Source of the DNA: Chara braunii
Lineage: Eukaryota > Plantae > Charophyceae
Length of the DNA: 64,000 nt
NCBI GenBank assembly: GCA_003427395.1
Contig: BFEA01000021.1
Span: forward strand, 2,900,073 to 2,964,072
Direction of reading: 5' to 3'
A model generated the notes under the pieces. It saw only the letters and a program-made list of their open reading frames with translations. It searched no databases and was not told where the DNA came from. A program made the position numbers and the translations under genes. Below, piece after piece: positions 37,359 through 51,201 of this stretch. How positions within the stretch are numbered: the first letter of the stretch is position 1; each line of letters begins with the position of its first letter.

Positions 37359-39510
37359 TTATGACACTAAATAGTTTTGGAGGCCTACTCATCAACACTC
37401 GATACTGCAGATCACAGCAACCAGACCCCAGTACACACATCAAAGGCAGGTGACTCTCCCCTTCATCCCCCTCTGTTTTTTATTTCCTCTCTCTCTTCCT
37501 TTATCTCCTCTCTGTCCCCTATAGTATTTTCACGCACGAACTCTTTCTCTTTCAGTGTTTACTTGTTTGTCTGTCCGTTTGTTCGTGTTTGCATGTCTGC
37601 TTGTATTTGTCTGCCTCTGTTCTCTCTATGTGTCTCTGTCTCTTTCTGTCTGTCACTGTTTTGTCATGACTGTTTGACTGTCTCTGTTTTGTCATGATTG
37701 TCTGTCTGTCTCTATGTGTGCGTGTGTGCCTCCCAAATCTACTTGGTGATTCCGATTCCGCTCTCCTTCTCCTCGCCAATGGTGATCTAGATCCGTGCCT
37801 TCGATCTCATGGTGACCTAGATCTCCCGCATTTCGTGCGCTTCTTTCCATGCGACATCGATAACGATGATGAAGAGTGCCTGCGCCGCCATCTTTCGACA
37901 ATGAGCGTGATCGCGCCATCTTCCCTGAAGTATTCGGTCCCTCGAGTGTTATTACTCCACAGTACAAACCACATAGATAAGATTAAAATAAGAGAGAAGT
38001 ATGAATAACAACGACACCAAAGGAGATCAATGCCGCTACGAAGAGTAAAGACAATACGACCAATTGACTTGAGATAAGTACAATACACAACAAATCTCCA
38101 CGCCCTAAAACAAGAAATGAATCTCCAAGAGCCGATCAATATACTTAAAGATAACCGTAATCGTCATGAGAGAGATAACACAACTATCCTTCGTTGTACT
38201 CACAATGCATGTTAGCGAGTAAACAGTCGCACACAAACTCCTGAAGATACTGGGACAAAAGATAATACCAACCTGACTCAGTGCCGATCTTCACGGGTGC
38301 TTCCCACACGTTCAAAGCACCGTATCTTGAGATACACACTTGCAAAATTGGACAACACGTGCGAGGTTTTACTTCCACAGCATACACGTCCAGTCCATAG
38401 CATGCAACTAATCCAGTCGCGATCACCCTTCTACCTCACTGCTCAGATAATCTTCTTAGCCATTATCTGCATATTCATACCCTACTGGTCTGAATACTTC
38501 CTATCCCTATCCCATACAGTGTTTCCTTATCATCGTCGTAACTTTGTTGCCGTACTTGCTTGCGTAGTCCTTCACGTACAGATCGTTTTGATGTTGGCGT
38601 ATTATATGCCAATGAATCTGCCGCCGTATTTCCTCCCACTTCCACCGTCGTTACAACTGCCGTTGCATGAACATTCATTAGGTGGTGTGTTCTCATTCAT
38701 TTCCTTGTTGCGTTTCTTGCTTTGTCGTTGGTATTGGAAATCGTGCAATTTTGCGTTTCCGCTTTTTTGAGCTTCAGGTGGGTTATATTTGTTCCATTTC
38801 CAGATTTTGTGTTGAATGTTTTCGGCCTCTTGTGTTTCCTTTAAAATATTAAGATATGATAAATCAACGGTCCGTGCATTAATTTCATTTTCATTTTTGT
38901 TTCTGCAAGGTATTCGACTGATACCATTTGGTTATATGTGGCGCTTACTTTGGAGTCGTAAATGTTACGTACTTTTCATATTTTGTTATTCGGGATAAAT
39001 TTACATCGCTCTTTGTTTTTAATCCACAACAAACAAACTTTACGTTGACTTGTGATTTTTGCGCATTATCTCTTATGGTTCTTTTCGGTTCATTATCCGT
39101 GTTGATTGTTTTTATCCTTCCAATGCCTTGTGTCTTCTGCTTTCAGAAATTCCAGGAACGTTCTTCGTACTTCGCTATTCTTACAGTTTGTAATGTAGGC
39201 CAGGAATGCTCACCGAGATACCTCCTAGGTTTTCTTTTTGTTCAAACCATCAGCACCAATGAATATGATTTTGTCACATGAAGGAGTTTGCATTTTGATT
39301 ACAGGTGTTATCTTATCCAATACAAAAAGAATACAAATTACTCAAATCATGCACTTTGCATCAGTTTAAGCTCCGTACACTGTAATTTCATAACCGTTGT
39401 TAGATCTTTTACATCGTACATGTTCTCCACCATTCTGCGTAGGGTTCTAATGATTGTCAGTGTTTTCGTGCTGACGAAACCGACGCTTCTGAAGTGACGA
39501 ATAGACCTGG

Positions 39511-39555
<45 letters not shown>

Positions 39556-41611
39556 GTCCAGGCAGCCATGCGTAGAGAGATGTTATTTTCATCGATAGGA
39601 TGAGCAAAATCGTAATGAATCTTGCACTAGAATATAAAAATATACACTTTCTTCCGACCACGCGCGCAGAAAGATAGAGAGAGGCTACTTCCATCGATAG
39701 GATGAGCAAATTCAGAGTTAATTTTTTGCTANNNNNNNNNNNNNNNNNNNNNNNNNNNNNNNNNNNNNNNNNNNNNNNNNNNNNNNNNNNNNNNNNNNNN
39801 NNNNNNNNNNNNNNNNNNNNNNNNNNNNNNNNNNNNNNNNNNNNNNNNNNNNNNNNNNNNNNNNNNNNNNNNNNNNNNNNNNNNNNNNNNNNNNNNNNNN
39901 NNNNNNNNNNNNNNNNNNNNNNNNNNNNNNNNNNNNNNNNNNNNNNNNNNNNNNNNNNNNNNNNNNNNNNNNNNNNNNNNNNNNNNNNNNNNNNNNNNNN
40001 NNNNNNNNNNNNNNNNNNNNNNNNNNNNNNNNNNNNNNNNNNNNNNNNNNNNNNNNNNNNNNNNNNNNNNNNNNNNNNNNNNNNNNNNNNNNNNNNNNNN
40101 NNNNNNNNNNNNNNNNNNNNNNNNNNNNNNNNNNNNNNNNNNNNNNNNNNNNNNNNNNNNNNNNNNNNNNNNNNNNNNNNNNNNNNNNNNNNNNNNNNNN
40201 NNNNNNNNNNNNNNNNNNNNNNNNNNNNNNNNNNNNNNNNNNNNNNNNNNNNNNNNNNNNNNNNNNNNNNNNNNNNNNNNNNNNNNNNNNNNNNNNNNNN
40301 NNNNNNNNNNNNNNNNNNNNNNNNNNNNNNNNNNNNNNNNNNNNNNNNNNNNNNNNNNNNNNNNNNNNNNNNNNNNNNNNNNNNNNNNNNNNNNNNNNNN
40401 NNNNNNNNNNNNNNNNNNNNNNNNNNNNNNNNNNNNNNNNNNNNNNNNNNNNNNNNNNNNNNNNNNNNNNNNNNNNNNNNNNNNNNNNNNNNNNNNNNNN
40501 NNNNNNNNNNNNNNNNNNNNNNNNNNNNNNNNNNNNNNNNNNNNNNNNNNNNNNNNNNNNNNNNNNNNNNNNNNNNNNNNNNNNNNNNNNNNNNNNNNNN
40601 NNNNNNNNNNNNNNNNNNNNNNNNNNNNNNNNNNNNNNNNNNNNNNNNNNNNNNNNNNNNNNNNNNNNNNNNNNNNNNNNCCTTTGGCTAGCTTTTTATG
40701 CTTTTATTTGACAAATTTCTCAAAAACAAAAAGTCAATGTACTATGAAGACTTGAAGGATAAAAAAGATAATAGATAAAACGCCCATTGAAATTGTTTGT
40801 AAGAAACCATTATAACTAAAGATATAAATAAAGATATATATAGTGTCGGAAAAGTTAAAATAAGGCCTCAACCATACATACCGCTATTCGTTCCTTGTGT
40901 ATGGCTAGCGAGACTAAAACCCACAAGGCGTTGCTTCGCGTGTAGTCTTTGAAGCTCCTCTTCGATCAAATTATGGTGAGCCTGCTAATTGACCAATAAA
41001 TTTGAAACTTCCAAATGTCTCCGACGTATTGCGAAGTGATTGAATTCTCATGTTGCCATGAGAGGGACTTATTTTGAGCCCACAAAATAGATTAAAAAAC
41101 TCCAATACTCATCATAGATAGGGTTCGTTCCTACCCTCTGAACCAGACGTGATAGTTTCCCATCGTGTTTTTTGTATAGTTTTCCATGAATTAGCATCTA
41201 AAAGTGCTTTACATGATGCAAATAAGTCTAGTTGGTAGTTGCTCATATATGCATCTGTTATTTATCTTTAATGAAAATTATAAAATGCTCAAAAAGCTAA
41301 AAAGTCTGTGATTTTTTCAACCAATGTGATTTATGAATTTGAAAGGTATATGGATTTTCTGAACGTCAAATTACATACGATTTGATTCATCCGGATTAGG
41401 TGTAATTACTCCAATAAAAACAACTATGATGGTTGTCGACAAAACAATATCACAATTAATTACGACTGGTGTCAATGTTGTTTTGGTGATCGCACCTAAC
41501 AACTGCTTCCTGAAAGCGGGAATTCTTTGTCAAATTTAATATAGTGAAGCTTATGGAAACCAAAAATTTATGTTCTTTCTTTTTCTAAATCATAGGTAGT
41601 GGATATAAAGC

Positions 41612-41666
<55 letters not shown>

Positions 41667-42219
41667 GCATCTTTCCGCCTTCTTCTTGCCTGTCAGTCCC
41701 CCCTTTATTTTTTTATTTTATTTTTTTTCTGTTATTGATTTTTAATCCTTTTTCAGAGTCGGTCGTTAGGAGGGGTCGGTCATTCCTTGCACCTACCCCC
41801 GTGTTAACCGGCACGTGTTTGTTTTCCTAGCAGGGAAACGTACTGGTGGGGGATGGTTTTTGTAAATGGGTGCTAGCTATCATCATCCTTCCTGAATGGT
41901 AGCTGTCTAACAGTAAGCTTTCTGATTGCTTTAGACTAACGCGTTCCTCGCTACAGGGGTGTCCATTGTCTCCTGTGTTATTCGTTCTTCAGTTAGCTCT
42001 TCAAAATAACACAAGGCGTAGCACCGAGATGCGGTGCCTGAAGCTGTCCTCCTCCCTTTAATGGAAAGGAGGAGCAATAGCTGATGACCTGACTATATAG
42101 CAAGTGAGAATATAACAGAATCGTTAGGAGCTTATTGTTCCTTGTCCGAGCCATCGACTCATTGTGATAAGTCTGTTTACGTTGTTCCACCCACCCCAAA
42201 TCTATGTCAATTGGAGAAT

Positions 42220-43130
42220 GCGACATGTGCCAGCTAACTCAGCAGATCGCTTTTTGGGCCTGCAAGTATCTTTGTCAGATTGTTCAGCTGTTGCAGGATA
42301 ACATCTCGGCGGAGAAAGTATCGGCAAGAATCGCTGGATGGGTATGCAACCACAAGCGTTCGCTATAGGGTAGGACTCTAATACTGTCAACGACAGCCTT
42401 CTTAAATACAAGCAGCATATCAGTTTTTCTTATATACTTTACTTAAATTTATGGTTCTCCCTCTCGGTTCACTGACTAGGAGAAGGAGCTTACTCGAAGA
42501 TCAAAAGGGCATCAGCCCAGTACATTCGGTAGCCGTCAGCTTTGGGAAATCGGGGATTCCAATCCAAAGTCGCTTGGGACACAATAGCATCTTCTAGAAA
42601 GTCAGGGGGCTTGGTAACTTTGGATGGCATACACCAAAATTTGGCTCTGTTGTGCAAGTGGGTGATTGCTGGCACACGGGATAACAAAACCAAATTGTGG
42701 AATGTCCTAGCAGAGTATATCCTTGTACTAGAATGGGGTTTGTCAAAGGGGGAAGATGTGTGGAAATGCATGTTCATTCCGTCCTACTCCAATAGGATAC
42801 CGACGTCCAGATTTTGGCGGGGTATTCTGTTTGCCTGGCATAAGCTTTTCCGTGGAAAGAGGCCTCAACCGACCACCAAAGTTGAGGTCTTGAACCAGAT
42901 TCTTTTCGATGATCCGCTGATTACACTGATGGACGCCCCCCCCTCTCACTGCAGATGGAAGTCCTTGCAGTTTTGGTAGGGGATGGGTGGATAAGGGGAT
43001 CATCCACATTAAAGACATTTGGGATTTAAATAAAAAAGATTGGATCTCCGCTAGGGACTTACGTCGATACCTACCTCGCGAGCACAATGTGGAGATAATT
43101 TGAGTCCGATAATAAGTGCTGTTCCGGTAA
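42220..43130 (+). mobile_element. Decayed L1-like LINE ORF2 fragment (post-RT region)
   Basis: KVAWDTIASSRKSGGL...NLALLCKW...SRFWRGILFAW matches the LINE motif VxWxxxxxPKxxGGLG..N.ALL.KW..S..W..I. Frameshifted RFLGL and GRTLIL pieces lie upstream. Confidence 0.75.
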
Positions 43131-44506
43131 TGGTTAGTAGTTAGAAAGGTTCTACTTGTGTGTTTTTGCTCTTTCACAATAACGAGTAGCTTTTTGTCAA
43201 TAGGTGGCAGTAAGGGTGAATAGAAGAAGTACGACTCAACCTGGTAAATATTTGCTAGAGTAATTTGAGATATTTGGAGGAGAGCTGGTTCTTCGGGTCC
43301 CAATTGGGTCCTGTCAAAAGCAAAGCTGGGTAATGCTCCCAGAAGGTGAAAACTGGGTAGTCTGCGAGGATCCCAGCCTCGTTGATTTGAAGTTAGGTCA
43401 CGTGTAAACATTTCGAGGCCAAAAAAAAAAAAGAAAAAAGGAAAAAAGATAAAAAGGTACGTCATTGAGTAATCAATGCTGCTCAGGGGTCATTCGGCCA
43501 GACGGAAGGAAGCGTGAGTGTGTCTTAATTGTTGTGTATAATTCCGACTTGCCGATGGAATAGGAACCGGACTGAAGCTCCCCAGAATAGAAGGAGCCTT
43601 TCTTTTTTTAAAAAAAAAAGAAAAAAAAAAGAAGGTACGTCATCTGCTGCTGTCAGACAACATCCATCAACTTTTTTTGCTGACACATCGAATCCGTCTT
43701 TATCTGTTGCTGACACATCGAATCCGAATTGTGTGCACAAGGCAAGCTTTGACCTGTCTACAAATTGGCCGTAAACAATCCGAGGGACCGACCTGCTTAA
43801 TTCCTCCTCACGGAAAATCTGACGGCTAACAGTGCCATACAACCTGGCATGAACCTGGCACTAAACTGGTCAGAATCACCACCACCAACCCCACAACCAC
43901 CACCAACCCCACAACAACCACCAACCCCACAACAATGTTGGTTCAGGCAAAGGTGATTTTCCTGGCAAGCAGCTAAGGGACGCGGCCGTGGGCACAACCA
44001 GAACCGGGACAGGCCAACCGATCCCTGGAAAGTTGTCCACAGCATGGGCCGATTTAAAAATCCACCCCTTGCGCGCTGCGCCTGCCCCTGAGTCCTGCCG
44101 CTGCACCATGATCCCTGGTTAAGACTCTGCCTTATTTTAGTGCCACCCTCCAGACCTGCCGGTCTGGTTCAGAGGCCTCTGAAGACCACTGTAACAGGCA
44201 TGGAACAACAGGCAGAGCAAGAGACGAGCATTGACCAGGCCCCATCGTGTTCCTGTACGTGTGCTACCGTTGCTGCACTAAGTGCAGGCTTCAGGCAAGG
44301 CTACTGCGCTTGCGGTTTGACGGCAGCCACTCCATGTCATCCTGTCAGTGCGAGAATTTCCTGGCATGTGAACGCGCTGGCATCTAGTCGTTTACCTAGA
44401 TCCCAGAGACACTGCTATTCGTTATTCGTGCACACCAAGCCCCTCCCTCCAAAGAGTACCAACCAAACATTCATTTACGATACCTTTTATGCACTTAAAC
44501 GAGTTA

Positions 44507-44918
44507 TAAAAGGGGTAACTACGGGGGAGTCACAAAAAAATAAAAGGGGTAACTACGGGGGAGTCACAAAAAAATAAAAGGGGTAACTACGGGGGAAGTC
44601 ACAAANAAATAAAAGGGGTAACTACGGGGAAGTCACAAAAAAATAAAAGGGGTAACTACGGGGGAGTCACAAAAACGAGTTATAATTGCACTATGGCCCT
44701 AAGGGCCAATATATTTTTTTGCAATTGCACTTCAGGCACCCTACCCACAGTTTGCAATTGCACTTCAGGGACCCTACCTAGAGTTTGCAATTGCACTTCC
44801 GGCACCCTACCTGACCAGAAAGCTGGGTTGTATACGTTGCCCGAACTGCAATTGCAAACTGTATCTTGGCCCATACTGCAACTATAACTCGTTTTTGCGA
44901 CTCCCGTGTAGTTCCCCC
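44507..44918. mobile_element. MITE with ~50-bp TIRs; left TIR amplified as a 34-bp tandem array (x5)
   Basis: ggggtaactacgggggagtcacaaaaacgagttataattgcactatggccc (44649-44699) is inverted at 44868-44918. An internal 30-bp unit is repeated three times. Confidence 0.65.
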
Positions 44919-46956
44919 CCCCTCCGAAACAAAGTCCCATGTTCTCCCAACCATTCAAGTATGACGGCACGACTTTGGAGTCCCAAATTTCTGACGTTCT
45001 GATTTACTGAGTTCACTCTCGTGGTGAATCAGTCCGAGGATGTTTTACCGGCAAGGTGGGTTAAGAGTTGTGACACCCGGGCTGAAGTCTTAACCTGGGT
45101 CAATTTGCCGTGCACCCGGGCATGCATGTCGTGCCCAGACACAGACCCGGCTGCCCGAGCTGGGTCCCGAGCAGCCCCAGCACAAAATTAAAGAAAATTA
45201 ACAAAATGAAAACGTTCTGTGAAAATGAACAAAATGAAAATGGTCTGTGAGAGCCAACGTTGTGCAGAATTGCAATGCAAACAACTTTTGGCTGAGGGTC
45301 ACCTCACAATTGCTTATTGAATCAAAGATTAACAAGAAAATAGAAAAAACAAACTAAGCCACCCTTGTTTAACGAACGTTAATCCAATTTAAGCCCGTTC
45401 AGCACAAATTATACTCCTTTTCCCCCCTTCCCCCCACCCAGTGCACAACACTGAAAGACAAAAAAGAAGCCTGGATTTGGGCTGCTGCTTCCGATGGGTG
45501 CAGAAAAGCCCCACACATGGGGGAAAAGAAAAAAAAACATCCCTCAATTCGTACGTGCCCAGGGCACCCGGGTGGCTGGACAGCGAGGCCACCCAGTCCC
45601 CATTGGACAACACTGAAAGACAAAACAGACCCTGGATTTGCGCTGCTGTCAGTGGGCGCAGAAAAGCTCCACCGATGGCGGGGGGGATTAAATAAATCCC
45701 ACAGTCCGTACACCGACGGGAAAAAGAAAGATAATCCCACAGTTTGTACACGCCCAGAGCACCCACGTGGCCGCACAGCGAGGCCACCTGGACGGGTGGT
45801 GCCCAGTTAGCAGCTCCAGGTAACCTTAGCTCTTGTCCCTGAGTTGTGTGATACAGGTTCATGAAGTGGGTCCAAGGGTTTCAACTTTCAGGCTTTCAGC
45901 TCAGAAAGTGGGTTAAAGAGTTCTGAGGGCCAAATGCATGAAGAACCTGACGCCAGGGAACTGGGGTAAACCACATGTACTTCCGAGACACTTTTCGACG
46001 GCGCTGGAAATGCCCAGCGCGGGCCGCTGCCTTTTGGCTGGTGCCGCCAGCCATTTTACTCCTGGGGCCGTCGCGAGAGCAGCGGCATGCTCTACCAGGC
46101 TCTTCCCTTCCGCTGGTGAGCCAAAGAAGTGTTATGTTTCAATTCTTCCTGGCCGAAAGTTGCGGCCGCATGCAAGCCGCGTCTTTGAAAAAAATGTCGA
46201 AGGTTGCAGCGCGGAAAACGTGCTGCCGGTTTAAGATTTGCTGCTTTGACTTTTTTTTTTTCTCCCCCCTCCCCCCGCCGCCTTTTAGAAAACAGGGGCC
46301 GACAGGGTTGGCTCCCAAAGCTATTCTCTAGGACATTGCAATGAGGACTCCTCGAGAGTCAAAACTGTTTTATTGAAGAATCAGTTTTCTAAAAGGCGGC
46401 GGGGGACGGGGACAAAAGTCAAGCTTCAATAAACTGTTTTACTAAATCTTCACTTTTGCCTGGAGAGGCTGAAAATGCTGAACCTCAGGCTGCCTCGAAG
46501 AAAACGCAGCCGCCAGAAACAAGACTGTGGCTGCTGACATCAACCACGGCAATCGCAATCTGACATAAGACCTTTTCTTTTTTGACGCACAGCCCAGGCA
46601 TAAGGCGGACTGCTACAGGACCGACATGTGGCGGGCTGGCACAGGACCGACATGTGGTGGTCCCGCGGGTGCACTGAGCGCAAAGGTGCTCTGAGAGAAA
46701 ACATGGATATTGTCGAGTAGTAACGAGTGCCCGATAATTTGTTTTGTGAGATGCAGCAAATTTCCTAATGGGGTAACTTGGGCTCGTGAGATGCCGCAAC
46801 TTCCTAATCGAGTGACTTGCGTTCTATTTGAAGTAAAAGCTGGCATGAAAAATTCAATCACCATTGAGTAGGAGATTAGCAGGGCAACTCCCTAAATTCC
46901 TAATCAACTCCTTTACGACTCTCCTCGCTGTAACGTTCTCTTTCTTGAAATTCCCT

Positions 46957-46989
<33 letters not shown>

Positions 46990-47224
46990 TTCATGAGGAC
47001 GTAACAGAAATCACCTTCTTGAAGTATTACCTTTTTTTTTTTTTTTTTTTTTTTTCCTATCCTGATTTTGTCACCACCATGCTGACTTTGTAGCATCCAG
47101 TACTTGAGAAGTAAACTCAAGGAAAACCTGGTCACACTTGGGACTTCCTTATGACTGCCACTGGCCATGATTGCGGTCAGGTTCATCAAAGAAAGCCCTG
47201 GTCTGAACACACAGCCTCGGATTC

Positions 47225-47452
47225 CTAACTCATGGTAAGAGCTTTCGATGCCATTGCCAGCGCTCCATCGATGGACTTGTTTCCACCAATGAATCCACTA
47301 GTGTGAACAAATATGCAACCAGGAATATCAGCAACCTGGGATAACTCCTCGTCTCTCAGGCTCCGCCAAGCTTCCGGCAAAGGCTTTCGACTCTCAAACT
47401 TTCCCGGACCAATAGATACTGCCTGTACTCTCCAGCTACCGCTGCGATCATC
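47225..47452 (-). CDS. MYG1: MYG1 terminal coding exon
   Basis: tgcAG|DDRSGSWRVQAV...FESRKPLPEAWRSLRDEELS...GCIFVHTSGFIGGN...ALTMS TAG. This is the typical MYG1 C-terminus. Confidence 0.95.
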   Translation of the reverse strand, partial: DDRSGSWRVQAVSIGPGKFESRKPLPEAWRSLRDEELSQVADIPGCIFVHTSGFIGGNKSIDGALAMASKALTMS

Positions 47453-47481
47453 CTGCACATCAGCAAATTCCACAACCAAAA

Positions 47482-47710
47482 ATTATACCCCAATGATACC
47501 CCTATTATACCCCTATTATACCCCAATTATACCCCAATTATACACCAATTGTCGACCAATTTTCGACCCATTATGAACCATATACCGACCAACTATCAAC
47601 CAATTATCGACAAATTATCAACCAATTATGGACTACCAATTACGGACCAATTATGGACCGGAGCCATCATGGAGCAATTATGGACCAATTATTGACTACC
47701 AATTATCGAT
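47482..47710. repeat. Degenerate 11-12-bp tandem repeat next to the last MYG1 acceptor
   Basis: (ccccaattata)n grading into (gaccaattatc/g)n. Confidence 0.75.
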
Positions 47711-48086
47711 CAGTTATTAGTACTTTCTAGTGAGTTAATTAATAAGTTATTTAATGTTATTACCAATTTGGTTAGAACACTCTTCACAGAGAGTCACATA
47801 ACGGCCCAATCCGAAAAGGCAAGGACTGGGAAAGTGAGAATGGAGGAGTGAGAGGACGCAAGTAAGGACCAGGACAGAAGCGAGCCTGAGTCCTGTTTTT
47901 GCATCTAGGGGAGGGGGTTTAGGGTTTAGACGGTGGCTTCAGTCGCCGGGGCTAGGGATAGAACATACAGGCAACGTTCAGGGCAGACAGGATTCTGCCG
48001 CGAGCAGAGGCTCGTAAGCTAAAACTGGGTAAGGCTCCTAGGGATTGTGAGGTTCCCGGGCCTTGTATTTGCCTTTGGAATAAAAA

Positions 48087-48120
<34 letters not shown>

Positions 48121-48538
48121 AGAGAGAGAACGGAGGGTGAGGGAGAGCAGACAGTCGACGGTGGAAATGGTGAACACTCTTTACAGGGTACTTAACCGTC
48201 CATTACCAAAAAAAATGGCAAGGCCTGGTAAAGAGAGGGAAGGGAGGGGAGACTTGGGAGTAAAAGAGGCAGGCAAGAGAGACTCAGGGTGTTAAACAAC
48301 CAGTTCAGACGCGCATAAGCTCCCCAAGCTACCTTCTGACTCTTCCGAGGCCGTAAGGCCTCACTTGATTGAAGCAGAGTGCTTTTCTCAAGAAAAACGA
48401 AGCAGTGATGCTAACGCTTCGTTTTCAGGAGTCCATAGAGGCCTGGCTGCCGATTTTGTTTTTCCCCTAATTGTCTCATAGGGCCCCACACGGAAGTACA
48501 CCAACGTGCATGATCACAGCCAGTGCCTGCTCTCTCTC

Positions 48539-48586
<48 letters not shown>

Positions 48587-48914
48587 CCCTCCCCCCTACA
48601 CGGCTCACGTTGGAGGTGCATGCCCAAACACAGACAGTGCACAACGCGCGTGTTTGAGGTCAGATGCACCTTCGAGCATAACTACGGCACTCGCCAAATG
48701 TAAAAAATGAGAATGAATACTCCACAGGGACAAGGAAACACACGCACATAATCTTTTCCGTTTTTGGTGAGCGCTGAATTCCGGCCCTGTCCACACATTG
48801 GCTTTCAGAAACTGGATGTTTTCTCCGTTTTCAGCGAGGCGCTTTTCTAGGTTGTTTTTCTGGGTTGTTTTTCTAGGATGTTTTCTCCGTTTTCAGCGAG
48901 GCGCTTTTCAGAAA

Positions 48915-49150
48915 CTTGTGCCCAGATACACACACGGGGGCTCGGCCGGGCATGACCCCTGGGCACGGTTCCAAGCAGCCTCAGCGCGCGCAAAAAAAAA
49001 AAAAAAAAAAAAAATCCCGGAAAAAGAAATCGTTGTGTAGAGTTGCAATGCAAACGACTTTTGGCTGTGGGTCACATCAGAATTCCTCAGTACCGGAGCT
49101 ACAAAAGAAAATAACAGAATCACACTACGGCACTCCCCTTTCAACCCCTT
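48915..49150 (+). repeat. Dispersed GC-rich-head repeat (copies at ~45110-45370, 48915-49150, 59100-59345, 61750-61990)
   Basis: Shared gggcatgacccctgggc...cagccccagcgc(A)n...ttgcaatgcaaacaacttttggctgagggtcacatcagaattcctca. Confidence 0.7.
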
Positions 49151-49325
49151 TAGGCCCTTCAAAACCAATTTATATCCCCAAGCCCACCCCTCAATTGCCA
49201 AGACACAAAAAAAAGAAAAGAGCCCGAATTTGGGGTCCTCTCAGAGAGAATGGAAAACCAGAACAAAAAGAAAAAAAAAAAGAAAAAAGAAATATATATA
49301 ATCTTATATGCATCATCAAAGTTAA

Positions 49326-49444
49326 TCAAACAGAACTGCCTGGTAAACCATAGGCAGAGAGGGACAAAAGGGAGAAGAGGACAGCAATCGAGGGGCTGTG
49401 ACAAACTGTTTTGTCGGACTTTCGCCGACTCCTCAGGAGGCTGA
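49326..49444 (-). mobile_element. Hammerhead-containing short retroelement, copy A (G12->A, 5'-truncated)
   Basis: Minus strand: CAGCCTC CTGAGGA GTCGG cgaaagt CCGAC AAAA CAGTTT, followed by the shared 3' body. Confidence 0.75.
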
Positions 49445-50467
49445 TATAGTCAAACACATATTGACAATATATATTTGTAAAGCCCTGCCAAAACACGGAC
49501 TGATAACACAGCTGATTTCTGAGTTTTGCCGCTGGAATGAATGCCTTGCTGAGATTCCCGCCTTAGAGTTTTCTATGTCTGTGTGTGCGTGCTTGCTGGT
49601 CTGCGTGCCTGTCTGAGTGCTTGTCGGCTTCAGTGTGTGTGTGGCCCGCCAGGGCACTTGTTTGTTTGGAAGGCACCGTAGGGCCGGTACTTACCTGTGG
49701 CCGTGACTTTGAGGGTTGCAGCGGGGAAAACTTTCAAGTAGCGGGGAGTAGGCCCGTGACAACTAGGGCAGCGGGAAAAACACTCTAGTAGGAGGTAGGC
49801 CGGTACCACTCAAAGTAGTGGTAGATGTGTCGCGAACCAGAGGCTGAGCAGAAGAAGAAAAAAGTTAAGAGGCCCAGTAGCAGTAGGCTAGGCCTAGGCG
49901 GGTACCAGTCCAAGTAGTCTGAGTCTAGGGCCTGTACGAGCGATATCAGAGTCTGCAATGAAAGGGAGGAGGTACCGGTTGATTGGAGACCGCACCGCCT
50001 GGAAGTCACCGCCCAAGAGGCACGTAGGCCGCTATATCTCCAGGAGGAGCGAAGTGCTCCTCATTTGCAGTATGCAAGTTTGGGCGTCATGCTGGTTGAG
50101 CGGGCGCTGGACTTCAGAGCGCTGCTGAAAGCAGCAGAGCGGCTCTACTAGCGCTGCCTGGGAGGAGGAGCGCCCGGGTGACCTCCCTGGCTATGCAGGA
50201 AGACCCCAGGTAGGAGGAGGAGGAAGAAGACTCGGGAGGAGAGTGGCAAGGTACCTGGCTATGGTGAACGCAATCTTCATCACCTTGTTAGGCGCAGCAT
50301 CTGGAAGGCCCCAGTGGGGGTTGTGCAGCAACAAGAAGGTTTCAAGGCAGAGTCAGCCATGGCGGCCTGAGTAGCAGCGGACATAGCTGCTTTGCGTTGT
50401 CTTTTGCACAACAGGGCTAGGCCCTTAGTAGTCCACCATAGTCTTGCCCTAACCTTGTGTATATATC

Positions 50468-50830
50468 ATCACAAACAGAACTGCCAGGTGAAACCGTAGG
50501 CAGAGAGAGAGAAGAGGACAACAAACGAGGGGCTGTGACAAACTGTTTCGTCCGAGTTTCACCTATCGTCACAAACAGAACTGCCTGGTAAACCGTAGGC
50601 AGAGAGAGAGAAGAGGACAACAAACGAGGGGCTGTGACAAACTGTTTTGTCGGAGTTTTGGCTGAACCCTCAACAGTCTGCAGAATCCATAGTCAAACAG
50701 AGAATATATCAAACAGAGCTGCCCGGTAAACCATAGGCAGAGAGGGAGAAGAGGACAACAAACGAGGGGCTGTGACAAACTGTTTCGTTGGAGTTTCATG
50801 GACTCATCAGGAGGCTGAACCCTTGGCGTC
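50468..50830 (-). mobile_element. Three tandem copies (B-D) of the hammerhead-containing short retroelement
   Basis: Units start at about 50468, 50568 and 50709. Copy D: GACGCC AAGG gttcag CCTC CTGATGA GTCCA tgaaact CCAAC GAAA CAGTTT. Copy C keeps the cleavage strand AGACTGTT GAGG gttcag CC but has lost the core. Confidence 0.8.
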
Positions 50831-51201
50831 AGATCCCCCTGCAGGCGTCACGCCGGGGTGCCTGGCCGGGCTGGTCGTGACAATCTTCATAGGTCCTTTT
50901 ACTTTTTGTTTTCTCGTTTTTTCTTTTTTCCGGTCCTTCACAATTGGCCATTTTCACATTGTTCAAGACGCCTTTCTGTGCTTGGCGGGCTGTGGAGAAA
51001 CGCGGCAACGTGAATGGCTGCCCTCTCTAGGTCTAGTTTTGGCCCCAACCGGGTCGCTTTTTTGTTTGCCTGCCTGAGCTGTGCCAGCCAAGACCCCGTA
51101 AGAGCCCTACTTTGGTTCGGGTGAGCTCGTGATTTACTGGTGGAAATGGAGATCACCCTCCATGGTGTGACATAATTGTCAGGTGCGAGGCAAGGTCTTA
51201 C

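Noticed and set aside
37690-41600. Possible decayed transposase or viral sequence in AT-rich stretches (also 9400-10240 and 52800-53480)
   Set aside because: No motif could be recognised by eye. It needs a TBLASTX/HMM search.
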